A DNA stretch of 33,243 bases from a virus, in IMG/VR virus record IMGVR_UViG_3300045988_135825, positions 1 through 33,243 of that record; one strand, given 5' to 3'. Of this stretch, positions 16,195 through 24,793 are shown in pieces. A model generated the notes under the pieces. That model searched no databases, had not been told where the DNA came from, and saw nothing but the letters and a program-made list of their open reading frames with translations. A program made the position numbers and the translations under genes. The stretch's first letter is position 1; each line of letters begins with the position of its first letter.

Positions 16195-17016
16195 ATGGCA
16201 AAATTCAAAGTAGAGAAAACAAAAGATTATACTATAATGAGTAATTATCATTTAAAAGAAAAAAATATGAGTTTAAAAGCAAAAGGTTTATTAAGTGTTA
16301 TGCTATCATTGCCAGATAATTGGGACTATTCAATTGCTGGTTTAGTGGCAATTAGTCAAGAAAATGAAACAGCAATAAAAAGTGCATTATCAGAGCTTAA
16401 ACAATTTGGCTATTTAGAGGTAATTAAATTAATGCCTAATGAAAGTGAAACAGGAAGAATTGATTATATTTATAATGTTTACGAAAAACCAAAACAAGAG
16501 AGTGGAAAACAAGAAGTAGAAAATCTACCCCTAGAAATTCTAGAGGTAGAAAATCAAGGACAATTAAATACTAATAATAAAATACTTAACAATAAATCTA
16601 ATAATATGAATATTATTAGTACTATTAATAATAATGGTATACCAATTGTCAACCAAAATAAAAAAGATACAATTTTTGATTTTTTACAGAAAGAATTAGG
16701 AAGAACTTTATCGCCTACCGAAATTGAAAAAGCAAAAGAGTGGGAAGATAATGAACTTACTAGATATGCAGTTAAAGTCGCTATATTAAATGGTGCTTAT
16801 ACTATTAATTACATTGATACCATAATTTATAATTGGCAAAAATTAGGAATTAAAAGTGTAAGCCAAGCACAAAAAGAAACAAAAAGATATAGAGATAAGA
16901 AAATAAGCAAAAAAATAGAACATAAGCCTGAATGGTTTGATGATGATATAAAAAAAGAAGAAGTAGAAACTAATGAAAACAATGAAATGGTAGAATTATT
17001 AAAAGATTTTAAATAA
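16195..17016 (+). CDS. Replisome organiser / replication initiation protein (N-terminal winged-helix plus C-terminal DnaD domain)
   Basis: N-terminus KDYTIMSNYHLKEKNMSLKAKGLLSVMLSLPDNWDYSIAGL...FGYLE. The C-terminus LSPTEIEKAKEW...INYIDTIIYNWQKLGIKS is DnaD-like. Confidence 0.75.
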   Translation: MAKFKVEKTKDYTIMSNYHLKEKNMSLKAKGLLSVMLSLPDNWDYSIAGLVAISQENETAIKSALSELKQFGYLEVIKLMPNESETGRIDYIYNVYEKPKQESGKQEVENLPLEILEVENQGQLNTNNKILNNKSNNMNIISTINNNGIPIVNQNKKDTIFDFLQKELGRTLSPTEIEKAKEWEDNELTRYAVKVAILNGAYTINYIDTIIYNWQKLGIKSVSQAQKETKRYRDKKISKKIEHKPEWFDDDIKKEEVETNENNEMVELLKDFK

Positions 17017-17031
17017 AAATGTAAAATATAG

Positions 17032-17060
17032 TTGACAAAAATTAAAATAAGTTGTATAAT
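17032..17060 (+). promoter_or_regulatory. Promoter upstream of the ssb and recombination genes
   Basis: TTGACA (17032-17037), 17-nt spacer, TATAAT (17055-17060). Confidence 0.6.
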
Positions 17061-17090
17061 TAATATGTAAATGAAAGGAGAGAAAAGAAA

Positions 17091-17384
17091 ATGTTAAATC
17101 AAGTTATATTAGTTGGAAGATTGACTAATAAACCTATCTTAGAAGAAAGAGGAGATAAAGTATATTCAAAAGTTACTTTAGCAACACCAAGAAACTATAA
17201 AAATATAAATGGAGAATATGATACAGATTTTATAGATGTTGTATTAATTAATAAAGTTGCTCAAAGTTGTGTTGAATATTGTGAACAAGGTGATGTGGTA
17301 AGTGTAAAAGGAAATTTGCAAAGATTAAAAGATAAAGATTTAGAAGTTCATGCTGAAAAAATTGCATTTTTATCAAGTAAATAG
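17091..17384 (+). CDS. ssb: Single-stranded DNA-binding protein (short OB-fold form without the acidic tail)
   Basis: MLNQVILVGRLTNKPIL... and DFIDVVLINKVAQSCVEYCEQGDVVSVKGNLQ fit the SSB OB-fold pattern. Confidence 0.75.
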   Translation: MLNQVILVGRLTNKPILEERGDKVYSKVTLATPRNYKNINGEYDTDFIDVVLINKVAQSCVEYCEQGDVVSVKGNLQRLKDKDLEVHAEKIAFLSSK

Positions 17385-17417
17385 CACAAATAAAAAAAGA
17401 AAAGGAGAACAAATAAT

Positions 17418-18122
17418 ATGGAAGAAATTAAAATTACAGAAGAAATGAAAAAAGAAGAAGAAATTAAAAAGATGAACATCTACGAAAAGATGTCATTAAT
17501 AACCGAAGAAATAGGAGTTATTGAAAAGGGACTAGTTGTATCTATAAGCAAAACAAATAGTTATAAAGCAGTGTCGGAAAGAGATGTACTAGATGGAGTA
17601 AAACCTATAGAAAAGAAATATAGAGTTTATAGTTATCCAGCAAAAAGAGAAGTAATCGATAGAGATACTTTAGTAAAAGAAAGTGAATATAATGGAAACA
17701 TAACTAAAACTAATACATTATTCATGAGAATAGAGACTACTTATAGATTTGTTAATATAGACAATCCTAGTGAGTTTATTGAAACAACAGTCTACGGAGA
17801 TGGCTTAGACACAGGCGATAAAGCACCAGGAAAAGCAATGACATATGCTGATAAATATGCACTTATGAAAGCATATAAATTAAGTACTGGAGATGACCCC
17901 GACAAAGAGGCAAGCCCAGAAAATGGCTACAAGAAAGCAACTAAACAAGTAGGCAATGCAAAAATAAGTCCTAAACAAATGGAACTTATACAAAAATATT
18001 ATCAAGGCGAAAACTTAATAAAATTATTAGAAGTAAACAATCTTGACAATTTAGAAGATATGTCTATTAATAAAGCAAGTGAAATATTAAGTAAATTATT
18101 TGCAAAAAAGGAGGACAAGTAA
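17418..18122 (+). CDS. ERF-family single-strand annealing recombinase
   Basis: The pattern SYKAVSERDVLDGVKP...YGDGLDTGDKAPGKAMTYADKYALMKAY is typical of the ERF superfamily. Confidence 0.75.
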   Translation: MEEIKITEEMKKEEEIKKMNIYEKMSLITEEIGVIEKGLVVSISKTNSYKAVSERDVLDGVKPIEKKYRVYSYPAKREVIDRDTLVKESEYNGNITKTNTLFMRIETTYRFVNIDNPSEFIETTVYGDGLDTGDKAPGKAMTYADKYALMKAYKLSTGDDPDKEASPENGYKKATKQVGNAKISPKQMELIQKYYQGENLIKLLEVNNLDNLEDMSINKASEILSKLFAKKEDK

Positions 18123-18123
18123 A

Positions 18124-18606
18124 ATGGAAGAAAAAAGAACATTATCAGGATGGGCTAATATACAACAAATAAGATTATTAGATTTAAAATATTATGATGA
18201 TAATAATTTATATAGTTATGAAGAATATAGGCAAATAGTACCAAGAAATGTGGAAGTTCCTATGCCAAAACCTGAAATACCTGTAATTGATATAAATAAT
18301 TTTATAGTAAAAAAAGAAGATAACTATCAATTAGCAGATATAATTACATCAGAATTAAAAATGATAGATGAAGAAAAAAAAGAATTAAAAAGAAAAGAAG
18401 ATGCAATAAGAGAAACCTTATTAAAAGAAATGGAAGATAAAGGCATTATAAAAATATCAGATGAAAATATCAGTATTACTTACAAAGCACCAACTGAGAA
18501 AGAAACATTTAGAACAAAAGATTTTAAAAAAGATTTGCCTGATTTATATGATACTTATGTAGAATTTACACCAGTTAAAAGTTCATTATTAATCAAGATA
18601 AAATAA
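18124..18606 (+). CDS. Hypothetical protein, Gp157-like (recombination-module accessory; start corrected)
   Basis: ATG at 18124 follows aaaaggagga. Central coiled coil. Positioned between ERF and the exonuclease. Confidence 0.45.
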   Translation: MEEKRTLSGWANIQQIRLLDLKYYDDNNLYSYEEYRQIVPRNVEVPMPKPEIPVIDINNFIVKKEDNYQLADIITSELKMIDEEKKELKRKEDAIRETLLKEMEDKGIIKISDENISITYKAPTEKETFRTKDFKKDLPDLYDTYVEFTPVKSSLLIKIK

Positions 18607-19205
18607 TGCAAACTTGGACTATAGGTAATTATGTTATAGAATATTGGGAAGATAGCCATCTTTATATATGCAATGGAATTATTCTTCCCTCTATAACAAC
18701 AATATTAAAAAAGAAATTCGGAAATAAGTATCAAGGGGTAGATGAAAGAATACTTGAAGTAGCAAGCCAAAGAGGTACTGAAATGCACCAAGCAATTCAA
18801 GATTATGAAGAAGATGGCATAAATGACCTTAATAATAGAGAACTTCAAAATTATATATTCTTAAAGAAACATTATAAATGGCAAGTAATAGCCTCAGAGA
18901 TACCAGTAATCTTGTTTCTAGATGATGTTCCAGTAGCAATAGGTAGATTAGACCAGATAATAGAAATGAATGATGAAAGAGGAGTAAATGATTTTAAAAG
19001 AACAGCAACATTTGATAAAGAATATGTCGCATATCAGACCAACCTTTACAAGATAGCCTATGAACAAAGTTATCATATACCATTATCATTCGTAAGTGGC
19101 ACACATTTAAGAGAAGAAAAAAGAAAATTTTATAAATTGCCAGTAAATGAAGAAATGGCAATGAAATTAGTAAAAGAATATTTGGAGGATAAAAAAAATG
19201 AATAA
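18606..19205 (+). CDS. PD-(D/E)XK (RecB/Cas4-like) exonuclease
   Basis: GRLDQIIEMNDERGVNDFKRT contains a D...D/E-x-K motif. YQTNLYK is the QxxxY motif. Adjacent to the ERF gene. Confidence 0.7.
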   Translation: MQTWTIGNYVIEYWEDSHLYICNGIILPSITTILKKKFGNKYQGVDERILEVASQRGTEMHQAIQDYEEDGINDLNNRELQNYIFLKKHYKWQVIASEIPVILFLDDVPVAIGRLDQIIEMNDERGVNDFKRTATFDKEYVAYQTNLYKIAYEQSYHIPLSFVSGTHLREEKRKFYKLPVNEEMAMKLVKEYLEDKKNE

Positions 19206-19356
19206 GTATTCAGTAGAAACAATAATAATAATCATATTATTAGTTATAGCGATATTTGTAAGGAATATCCAAAAAAATAATTGTATAGAAAAGGGCGGCT
19301 CAGTAATAACAAATTCAATAGGTATCTATGAAAAATGTATATATGGAGGGAAATAA
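19198..19356 (+). CDS. Hypothetical small membrane protein (52 aa, not in the ORF track)
   Basis: RBS ggaggat. TM segment ETIIIIILLVIAIFV. The stop overlaps the next ATG. Confidence 0.4.
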   Translation: MNKYSVETIIIIILLVIAIFVRNIQKNNCIEKGGSVITNSIGIYEKCIYGGK

Positions 19357-19529
19357 TGGAAGAATTAATTATATTAAGTATATTTACTATGTCAGTTTTA
19401 GTGTATGAATTAGTTAAAACAAAAAAAGAAAATAAAATTCTTTATAACAATTATCAAACAGCATTGAAAATATTATCAGAATATGACCCTAAATTAAAAG
19501 AATATTTAGAAAGGGAGAATAAAATATAA
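19356..19529 (+). CDS. Hypothetical small membrane protein (57 aa, start corrected)
   Basis: ATG at 19356 follows ggagggaaat. TM segment LIILSIFTMSVLVYELV. Confidence 0.45.
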   Translation: MEELIILSIFTMSVLVYELVKTKKENKILYNNYQTALKILSEYDPKLKEYLERENKI

Positions 19530-20086
19530 TGACACAAAATGAAATATGGAAAGATATTCCAGGATACGAAGGTTTTTATCAAGCAAGTAATTTAGGGCGA
19601 ATAAAAAATTTATTGCTCTACAATAATAGATATAAAAAGTATAGTAAGAGAGAAAAGGTTTTAAAAACAACAACACAAAAAACTGGTTATTTAATGTTAA
19701 CGTTGTGTAAAGATAAGAAAAAAAGCAATTTGCTTGTTCATAGAATAATTGCAAAAACCTTTTTATCTAATCCAAATAATTATCCACAAGTAAATCATAA
19801 AGATGGAAACAAAAAGAATAATTGTGTTGATAATTTAGAATGGTGTACTTCTAAACAAAATAACAAACATGCTTTTGATACAGGACTAAACAAATATAAT
19901 CATGCTTTTGATAATTATCATTTTACTAAAAAAGTTGGGCAATATGATTTAAATGACAATTTTATAAAAGAATTTGATAGCATAACGAAAGCCTCAGTCG
20001 AAACAAACACACTTGTTCAAAATATTTGTAAAGTTTGCAAAGGAAAGCGAAAAAAAGCAGGAGGATATATTTGGAAATATCTTTAA
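19529..20086 (+). CDS. Free-standing HNH homing endonuclease (NUMOD4 plus HNH_3), paralogue of the intron-encoded enzyme
   Basis: N-terminus EIWKDIPGYEGFYQASNLGRIKN. Core motif VNHKDGNKKNNCVDNLEWCTSKQN. Shares 43 identical nt with the ORF at 4358-4927. Confidence 0.85.
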   Translation: MTQNEIWKDIPGYEGFYQASNLGRIKNLLLYNNRYKKYSKREKVLKTTTQKTGYLMLTLCKDKKKSNLLVHRIIAKTFLSNPNNYPQVNHKDGNKKNNCVDNLEWCTSKQNNKHAFDTGLNKYNHAFDNYHFTKKVGQYDLNDNFIKEFDSITKASVETNTLVQNICKVCKGKRKKAGGYIWKYL

Positions 20087-20118
20087 AAAGTATATTCTAA
20101 AGAGAAAGGAAGAAGAAA

Positions 20119-20319
20119 ATGTATAGATTTAAAAAAGAAAAATTTGATAAAATAAAATTAAATCAAGCAAAAATAGCAGAAGAAGTTGGAATAACTAGAC
20201 AGTATATGAATAGTATATATAATCAAGCAACATTATGCAAAAAAACAACAGCATATGCCATAACAAAAAGCATAGATAATAATGCTGAAATAAAAGATTT
20301 TTTTGAAGAGGCAAAATGA
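20119..20319 (+). CDS. Helix-turn-helix DNA-binding protein (66 aa)
   Basis: LNQAKIAEEVGITRQYMNSIYN is a classic HTH pattern. Confidence 0.55.
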   Translation: MYRFKKEKFDKIKLNQAKIAEEVGITRQYMNSIYNQATLCKKTTAYAITKSIDNNAEIKDFFEEAK

Positions 20320-20828
20320 TGAGTATAAGAAGTCAATGGTGTGAGTTTGATAAAGAAACAAGAAAATACATAAAGAAAAGAGATAATAATAGGTGTATCT
20401 TTTGTGGAAATAATGGAGCATTACAAATAGCACATATATTCTTATCAAGGGCGAAAGGTGGAAAAGGTTGCAAAGAAAATGGAGTTATGTTATGTATTAA
20501 ATGCCATCAAGCATTAGATAATGGCAAAAATACATCATTAAGATACCAAATAAGCCAATTTTGTAGGTCATATTTAATTAAAAAAGAAAACATAATAGAT
20601 TTATGTAGTTTGATGAAAACACTTAAATATGATAAAAAAAATAGCCTTAGAGAAAGAATTATAATATCAGAAGAGAAAAAAGAAATAAAAGATAGATGTA
20701 AAAATTGCAGATTATTAGAAAAAAGGCAAGTAAAAGGTAATTCAATACCTACATATTATTGTAGATACAGAAAAATAAGAATAACAAAAAATACAGAGGC
20801 TTGCAAAGATTTTAGGAGGATAAAATGA
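20316..20828 (+). CDS. HNH nuclease-domain protein with additional C-terminal Cys pairs
   Basis: CIFCG...LQIAHIF...GG...NGVMLCIKCHQALDNG is an HNHc pattern. A CKNC motif occurs later in the protein. Confidence 0.6.
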   Translation: MMSIRSQWCEFDKETRKYIKKRDNNRCIFCGNNGALQIAHIFLSRAKGGKGCKENGVMLCIKCHQALDNGKNTSLRYQISQFCRSYLIKKENIIDLCSLMKTLKYDKKNSLRERIIISEEKKEIKDRCKNCRLLEKRQVKGNSIPTYYCRYRKIRITKNTEACKDFRRIK

Positions 20829-21028
20829 AACCGGAAAAGATAAGTAGATTTCAAATGTGGAAATTAAAAAAAGAATTCCCTACAAGTAAGACTGAAAGAG
20901 AACAATTAAGAATACTAAAAAAAGATAAGCAAGAAGATATAAAAGCATATTTAATTATAATTAATTTATTATTATTAACAGCAATATTAAGTTATGTATT
21001 ATATTTAATGTTAACTTATAAGTGGTAA
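20825..21028 (+). CDS. Hypothetical membrane protein (67 aa)
   Basis: ATGA coupling. C-terminal TM YLIIINLLLLTAILSYVLYLML. Confidence 0.5.
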   Translation: MKPEKISRFQMWKLKKEFPTSKTEREQLRILKKDKQEDIKAYLIIINLLLLTAILSYVLYLMLTYKW

Positions 21029-21041
21029 GGAGGAAGAATAA

Positions 21042-21356
21042 ATGGATAATGATACATTAGCAGATTATTGGAGAGATGTAAGTCCAATATTAAAACAACA
21101 AGCACAAGAAAAAAGAGAAAATTGTTTTAATGATAGATTAGAATATGCTAAAAAACAATTTGAGGAAAACGATATCCCTTATAAGTTATGTAATGAAACT
21201 ATAGGACATTTTAATTTATTAGATAGCAAAGGAAAAGTATTAATGAATTTTTGGAGTTATACAGGTAAATTATATATTCCAAGCACTGGATTTAGCGAAA
21301 ATGTTGGAATTAGAGGTTGTATAAAAAAATATAAAAAGATGGTAGGTGATAAATAA
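21042..21356 (+). CDS. Hypothetical protein (104 aa)
   Basis: RBS aaggaggaag. Confidence 0.5.
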   Translation: MDNDTLADYWRDVSPILKQQAQEKRENCFNDRLEYAKKQFEENDIPYKLCNETIGHFNLLDSKGKVLMNFWSYTGKLYIPSTGFSENVGIRGCIKKYKKMVGDK

Positions 21357-21595
21357 TGACTGCTAAAGAGATGTTAATTGAAATGAATTGTTGTTATATG
21401 GAAACGCAAAGCGGTATATGGATAGATGAAAACGTTTCATATGCAGATGGAAGTAGTTCTAGACTGTGTTGGATAGATAAAAACGAAAAAAAAATAACGT
21501 TTCAAGATAATGAAAATGAACACAAACTAGATTTAAAATTATTTTTAGCAATTTATAAATTAATTGAAGAATTAGGCTGGAATAAGGAGGGTTAA
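21356..21595 (+). CDS. Hypothetical protein (79 aa)
   Basis: taATG coupling. Confidence 0.5.
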   Translation: MTAKEMLIEMNCCYMETQSGIWIDENVSYADGSSSRLCWIDKNEKKITFQDNENEHKLDLKLFLAIYKLIEELGWNKEG

Positions 21596-21691
21596 ATGAT
21601 TTTATACATACCATTAATATTCTGGGGGTTAGTTGGTATAGGAGCAATTATAGGATTAATTATGATGATAAAGGAGTGGAAAGATGAATAA
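21596..21691 (+). CDS. Hypothetical membrane peptide (31 aa)
   Basis: RBS aaggaggg. Hydrophobic LYIPLIFWGLVGIGAIIGLIMMI. Confidence 0.35.
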   Translation: MILYIPLIFWGLVGIGAIIGLIMMIKEWKDE

Positions 21692-22010
21692 AGAAACAGT
21701 ATATTGGAAATGGAAAAAAACTATAATAGATTTTGATGTTATAAGCAATGAAACAATTGATTATAATGAATATATTACTAAAAAAGATTATATATTTCAT
21801 TATTTAGGTACACCAGATAAACAAATTCATGAATGGTATAATGGAGGTTTTTCTTCAGAATATAATAGTGCTTTAAGATATGCTAAGCAATTAGGACTTG
21901 TAGTGAATTATATTGATTATGATAATGAAATATACGAATTAAAACAACAATGTCAAGAACAAAAAGAAGTAATTGATAAAGCAGTTAAATATATAAATAA
22001 TCATGATTAG
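21684..22010 (+). CDS. Hypothetical protein (108 aa as written; probably extends to 22102 after a 1-nt frame correction)
   Basis: RBS aaaggag. The -1 frame is open from 22007 to a TGA at 22100-22102, which overlaps the next ATG (ATGA). Confidence 0.5.
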   Translation: MNKETVYWKWKKTIIDFDVISNETIDYNEYITKKDYIFHYLGTPDKQIHEWYNGGFSSEYNSALRYAKQLGLVVNYIDYDNEIYELKQQCQEQKEVIDKAVKYINNHD

Positions 22011-22098
22011 AAAGAATACAAAAAGATAAAATCAATTGTGTAAGAATTTTATTAAGCGATGAATATTGTGAAGAAATATTAAAAAAAGAGGTGTCAGA

Positions 22099-22428
22099 AT
22101 GAAATATGAATTACCAAGTATTGAATTAATAGTGATTGAAGAAAACAATTATTTAAAATTTGGAGAATATTTAAATGATATGCAATGCGATGATACTGCA
22201 AATAAATTAAAACTTAATGATTTAGAGTATGTGAAGAAATTACAACAAAAAAACGAGAAATTAAAAGATAACTGGGATAAATTAAAAGAATATATAAGAA
22301 AAACCAAATTAAATGAATTTGAAAAGTCATATGGTAAAAGATATAGTAAAACATTTACACAAGCAGAGGTAATAGTATGCAATATAATTATAGACCATAT
22401 GCAAGAATTGGAAAGGGTAGACAAATAG
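22099..22428 (+). CDS. Hypothetical protein (109 aa)
   Basis: RBS aaagaggtg. Confidence 0.5.
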   Translation: MKYELPSIELIVIEENNYLKFGEYLNDMQCDDTANKLKLNDLEYVKKLQQKNEKLKDNWDKLKEYIRKTKLNEFEKSYGKRYSKTFTQAEVIVCNIIIDHMQELERVDK

Positions 22429-22577
22429 TGGAACCTCATAGAAAAAAAGAATTAATAAAAATTAGGAAATTTTTTATAAAAAGATATAAACTAGCAAAAC
22501 TATTTGGAGATAAGTATTATATCAAATATTTTGCTAAACAAATAAGAGAAATAGATAAAGAATTGAAGGAGAAATAA
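22428..22577 (+). CDS. Hypothetical basic protein (GTG 22428 coupled to the upstream stop; alternative ATG at 22377)
   Basis: A taGTG stop-start overlap. The 22377 start would overlap the upstream gene by 52 nt. Confidence 0.35.
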   Translation: MEPHRKKELIKIRKFFIKRYKLAKLFGDKYYIKYFAKQIREIDKELKEK

Positions 22578-22579
22578 AA

Positions 22580-22771
22580 ATGAGCCAAAATAGTGAAAGA
22601 AAAATATTAAGAGAAAGAGAAAAAAATAAATTAAAAGAAATACATAATACATACAATAAAAAGCCAAAAGAAATATGCCCTAAGTGTCATAAAAAAAGTT
22701 TATTTATGACTAATAATAAAAATGAGGTATATTGTATAAGATGTAATAATTTAGTTGCAATAAAGAAATAA
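22580..22771 (+). CDS. Zinc-ribbon protein (63 aa)
   Basis: RBS aaggag. CPKCHKK and CIRCNN cysteine pairs. Confidence 0.5.
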   Translation: MSQNSERKILREREKNKLKEIHNTYNKKPKEICPKCHKKSLFMTNNKNEVYCIRCNNLVAIKK

Positions 22772-22783
22772 TTATGCTATAAT
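22755..22783 (+). promoter_or_regulatory. Promoter, near-identical cassette to the one at 30184
   Basis: TTGCAA (22755-22760), 17-nt spacer, TGcTATAAT (22775-22783). Shares aaataattatgctataat with 30195-30212. Confidence 0.6.
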
Positions 22784-22962
22784 AGGAAGTGGAAAAGTAG
22801 GAGAACAAGCAAAAACTAAAAATATTATTTTCTTATAGACATTATTCATTCCTTTCAGAAATATAAAATGTTTGTTCTCCAATAAAATATTCTTTTATGA
22901 AATTATAGGTTTGCCTTTAGTGAGTTTAATAATTTCTAACTTTTTTAGAATTGGAGGATAAA

Positions 22963-23433
22963 ATGAAATATGAATTTATTAAAATTGACTTAGATACTTA
23001 TAAATTAATTTATACTAATAAAGAAAAAAAAGAAGTATCTATTGAATTCAAAAGAACAATTGAAATGGCTGAAAAACTGCAAGGAATAGTAGCAACAGCA
23101 AGACTTAATATGTATAAAGAATTAAGCAAGCAAGGAATAACAAAAAACGACCTTATAATCAAAAAAGATGATGGAAAAGGTCATATAACTTATGATGAAA
23201 CAAATTATCAAGAATATGAAAAATTTTATATTCAATTAGAAGAGGCTATCATATTAAATGAAATGATAGAAAAATTATTCGGCAAGAACATAAAAGAGTT
23301 GTTTGATGATATGGGTATTGATAACATACCAGAAGCAGAACAACCTATGCAACTACAATTATTTAGTTCTAAATTAGGACAGATTATTAACAAAGGATTA
23401 GATGATACTCCCAGTGAGGGAAATAAAGAATAA
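22963..23433 (+). CDS. Hypothetical acidic protein (156 aa, start corrected)
   Basis: ATG at 22963 follows ttggaggataaa. Confidence 0.5.
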   Translation: MKYEFIKIDLDTYKLIYTNKEKKEVSIEFKRTIEMAEKLQGIVATARLNMYKELSKQGITKNDLIIKKDDGKGHITYDETNYQEYEKFYIQLEEAIILNEMIEKLFGKNIKELFDDMGIDNIPEAEQPMQLQLFSSKLGQIINKGLDDTPSEGNKE

Positions 23434-23791
23434 TTATAGCAAAAAAACAAGCAATAAAACAATATTTTGCTTTGCTTATCAAGAGGACTTAGACCAAGCC
23501 TATGCTTTTTATTGTAGTAGATATGAAAATATCTCATATAAAGAGTTTATGCAATTAGGTTTATTTGAATTTAAAAAGAAATTAGGAAGTGTACCTAAAA
23601 CCGAACCTTTGTATGATATTATAAAATCAAGAACAATAAACATAGCAAGCATAAAAGATAAAGAAGAGCGGAAATATTGGAGAGAATTAAGAAGAATTAA
23701 TCAGATACCTCAAATATTTATACCTACAAAAGAAGTATTTGATAATTTAAAAGGAAGATTAAAAGAAACAAGTCAATTAGGAGGAAAATAA
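23402..23791 (+). CDS. Hypothetical protein (129 aa) overlapping the previous gene by 32 nt in the +1 frame
   Basis: RBS-like aaagga 4 nt before the ATG. This frame opens exactly at 23402. Confidence 0.45.
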   Translation: MILPVREIKNNYSKKTSNKTIFCFAYQEDLDQAYAFYCSRYENISYKEFMQLGLFEFKKKLGSVPKTEPLYDIIKSRTINIASIKDKEERKYWRELRRINQIPQIFIPTKEVFDNLKGRLKETSQLGGK

Positions 23792-24036
23792 TGAAACATA
23801 TTAATATTACAAATGCTGATATAGTGAAACAAATGACTGATGAACAAAAACACAATTTAGCAAATATTTGTATTGTAAATAAAACAGAACCAGAAGAAGT
23901 TATTTCACTTATTAAAAATGTTGCAAATACAACAATAAATTTTGCAATAGACATATGTAATAATTATTTTAAAAGTCCTATTGGTAAAGAATATTTAAAA
24001 ATGAGGGAAAATATAGAAAGAATAGGAGAAAGATAA
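23791..24036 (+). CDS. Hypothetical protein (81 aa)
   Basis: RBS aggaggaaaat. taATG coupling. Confidence 0.5.
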   Translation: MKHINITNADIVKQMTDEQKHNLANICIVNKTEPEEVISLIKNVANTTINFAIDICNNYFKSPIGKEYLKMRENIERIGER

Positions 24037-24038
24037 AA

Positions 24039-24452
24039 ATGGAAAGAGATTTAATTAAGTTTAATAAAAATATAACAAAGGTAACAAAGGAAATAATAAA
24101 ATATGAAGATGAAAAAGGAAATTATATGTTAATACCTACTGGACAATTATTATGTAATATAGAATATATGGAATTAGATGAAATAAGTTATAAGAAAGCA
24201 TTATTTGAAATGATAATTGATAAAGATGTTGAATATAATAAAATTATGATTACTAAACCTGTAGATAAATACACTAAGACTAAAAATGAAAAAGATAAAG
24301 GTACTATCATAGATGCTGAAGTAGAAGTATCACAAGTATGGGTAGTTAAAAATAGTTTAGGTTTAACAAAGGCATATAATAACAAAGAAAAAGCAATTGA
24401 ATATGCTGAAGGCTTAAATGAAGAAATATTAAAAATGGCAGAGTTAAAATAA
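24039..24452 (+). CDS. Hypothetical protein (137 aa)
   Basis: Closely packed with the previous gene. Confidence 0.5.
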   Translation: MERDLIKFNKNITKVTKEIIKYEDEKGNYMLIPTGQLLCNIEYMELDEISYKKALFEMIIDKDVEYNKIMITKPVDKYTKTKNEKDKGTIIDAEVEVSQVWVVKNSLGLTKAYNNKEKAIEYAEGLNEEILKMAELK

Positions 24453-24478
24453 TATTTGAAATTTAATAAGGAGTAGTT

Positions 24479-24793
24479 ATGAAAGATTATATAAAAGTAT
24501 TATTATCAGATATAAAAAGAAGCATAAAAGATTATGAAAATCAAATAGAAACATTAGAAATAAAAATAGAAATTTCAAATAATTTTGTAGAAAAATTGGA
24601 AGAGGCATTAAAACAGCTTGATAAACCAGACAGCACAGGAAAAATAAAAGAATTTATTAATGAATTAGAACATAATATACAAGTAGATAAAAACACTGAT
24701 GATACATTAATATCTGGAGTTTCTTGTGATTATGTAATAGGAAGATTAAAAGATATAATAAAAGTAGGTGGTAATAATGGAAATAATATATAA
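24479..24793 (+). CDS. Hypothetical coiled-coil protein (104 aa)
   Basis: RBS aaggag. Confidence 0.5.
   Translation: MKDYIKVLLSDIKRSIKDYENQIETLEIKIEISNNFVEKLEEALKQLDKPDSTGKIKEFINELEHNIQVDKNTDDTLISGVSCDYVIGRLKDIIKVGGNNGNNI

Noticed and set aside
22772-22849. Minus-strand 25-codon hydrophobic ORF (MNNVYKKIIFLVFACSPTFPLPIIA) antisense to the 22755 promoter leader, considered as a type I toxin-antitoxin pair
   Set aside because: The SD-like aaagga is only 1 nt from the ATG. The best minus-strand promoter candidate is weak. The peptide is proline-interrupted and lacks a charged tail. Such short ORFs arise by chance in AT-rich DNA. Worth a look only if antisense transcripts are seen.
22963-23791. 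Programmed +1 frameshift (CCC-A at 23410-23413) fusing the two overlapping ORFs, as in tail chaperone G/GT
   Set aside because: The second ORF has its own ATG at the first position where its frame opens, with an acceptable aaagga RBS. Independent initiation therefore explains it, and I could recognise no similarity to chaperones.
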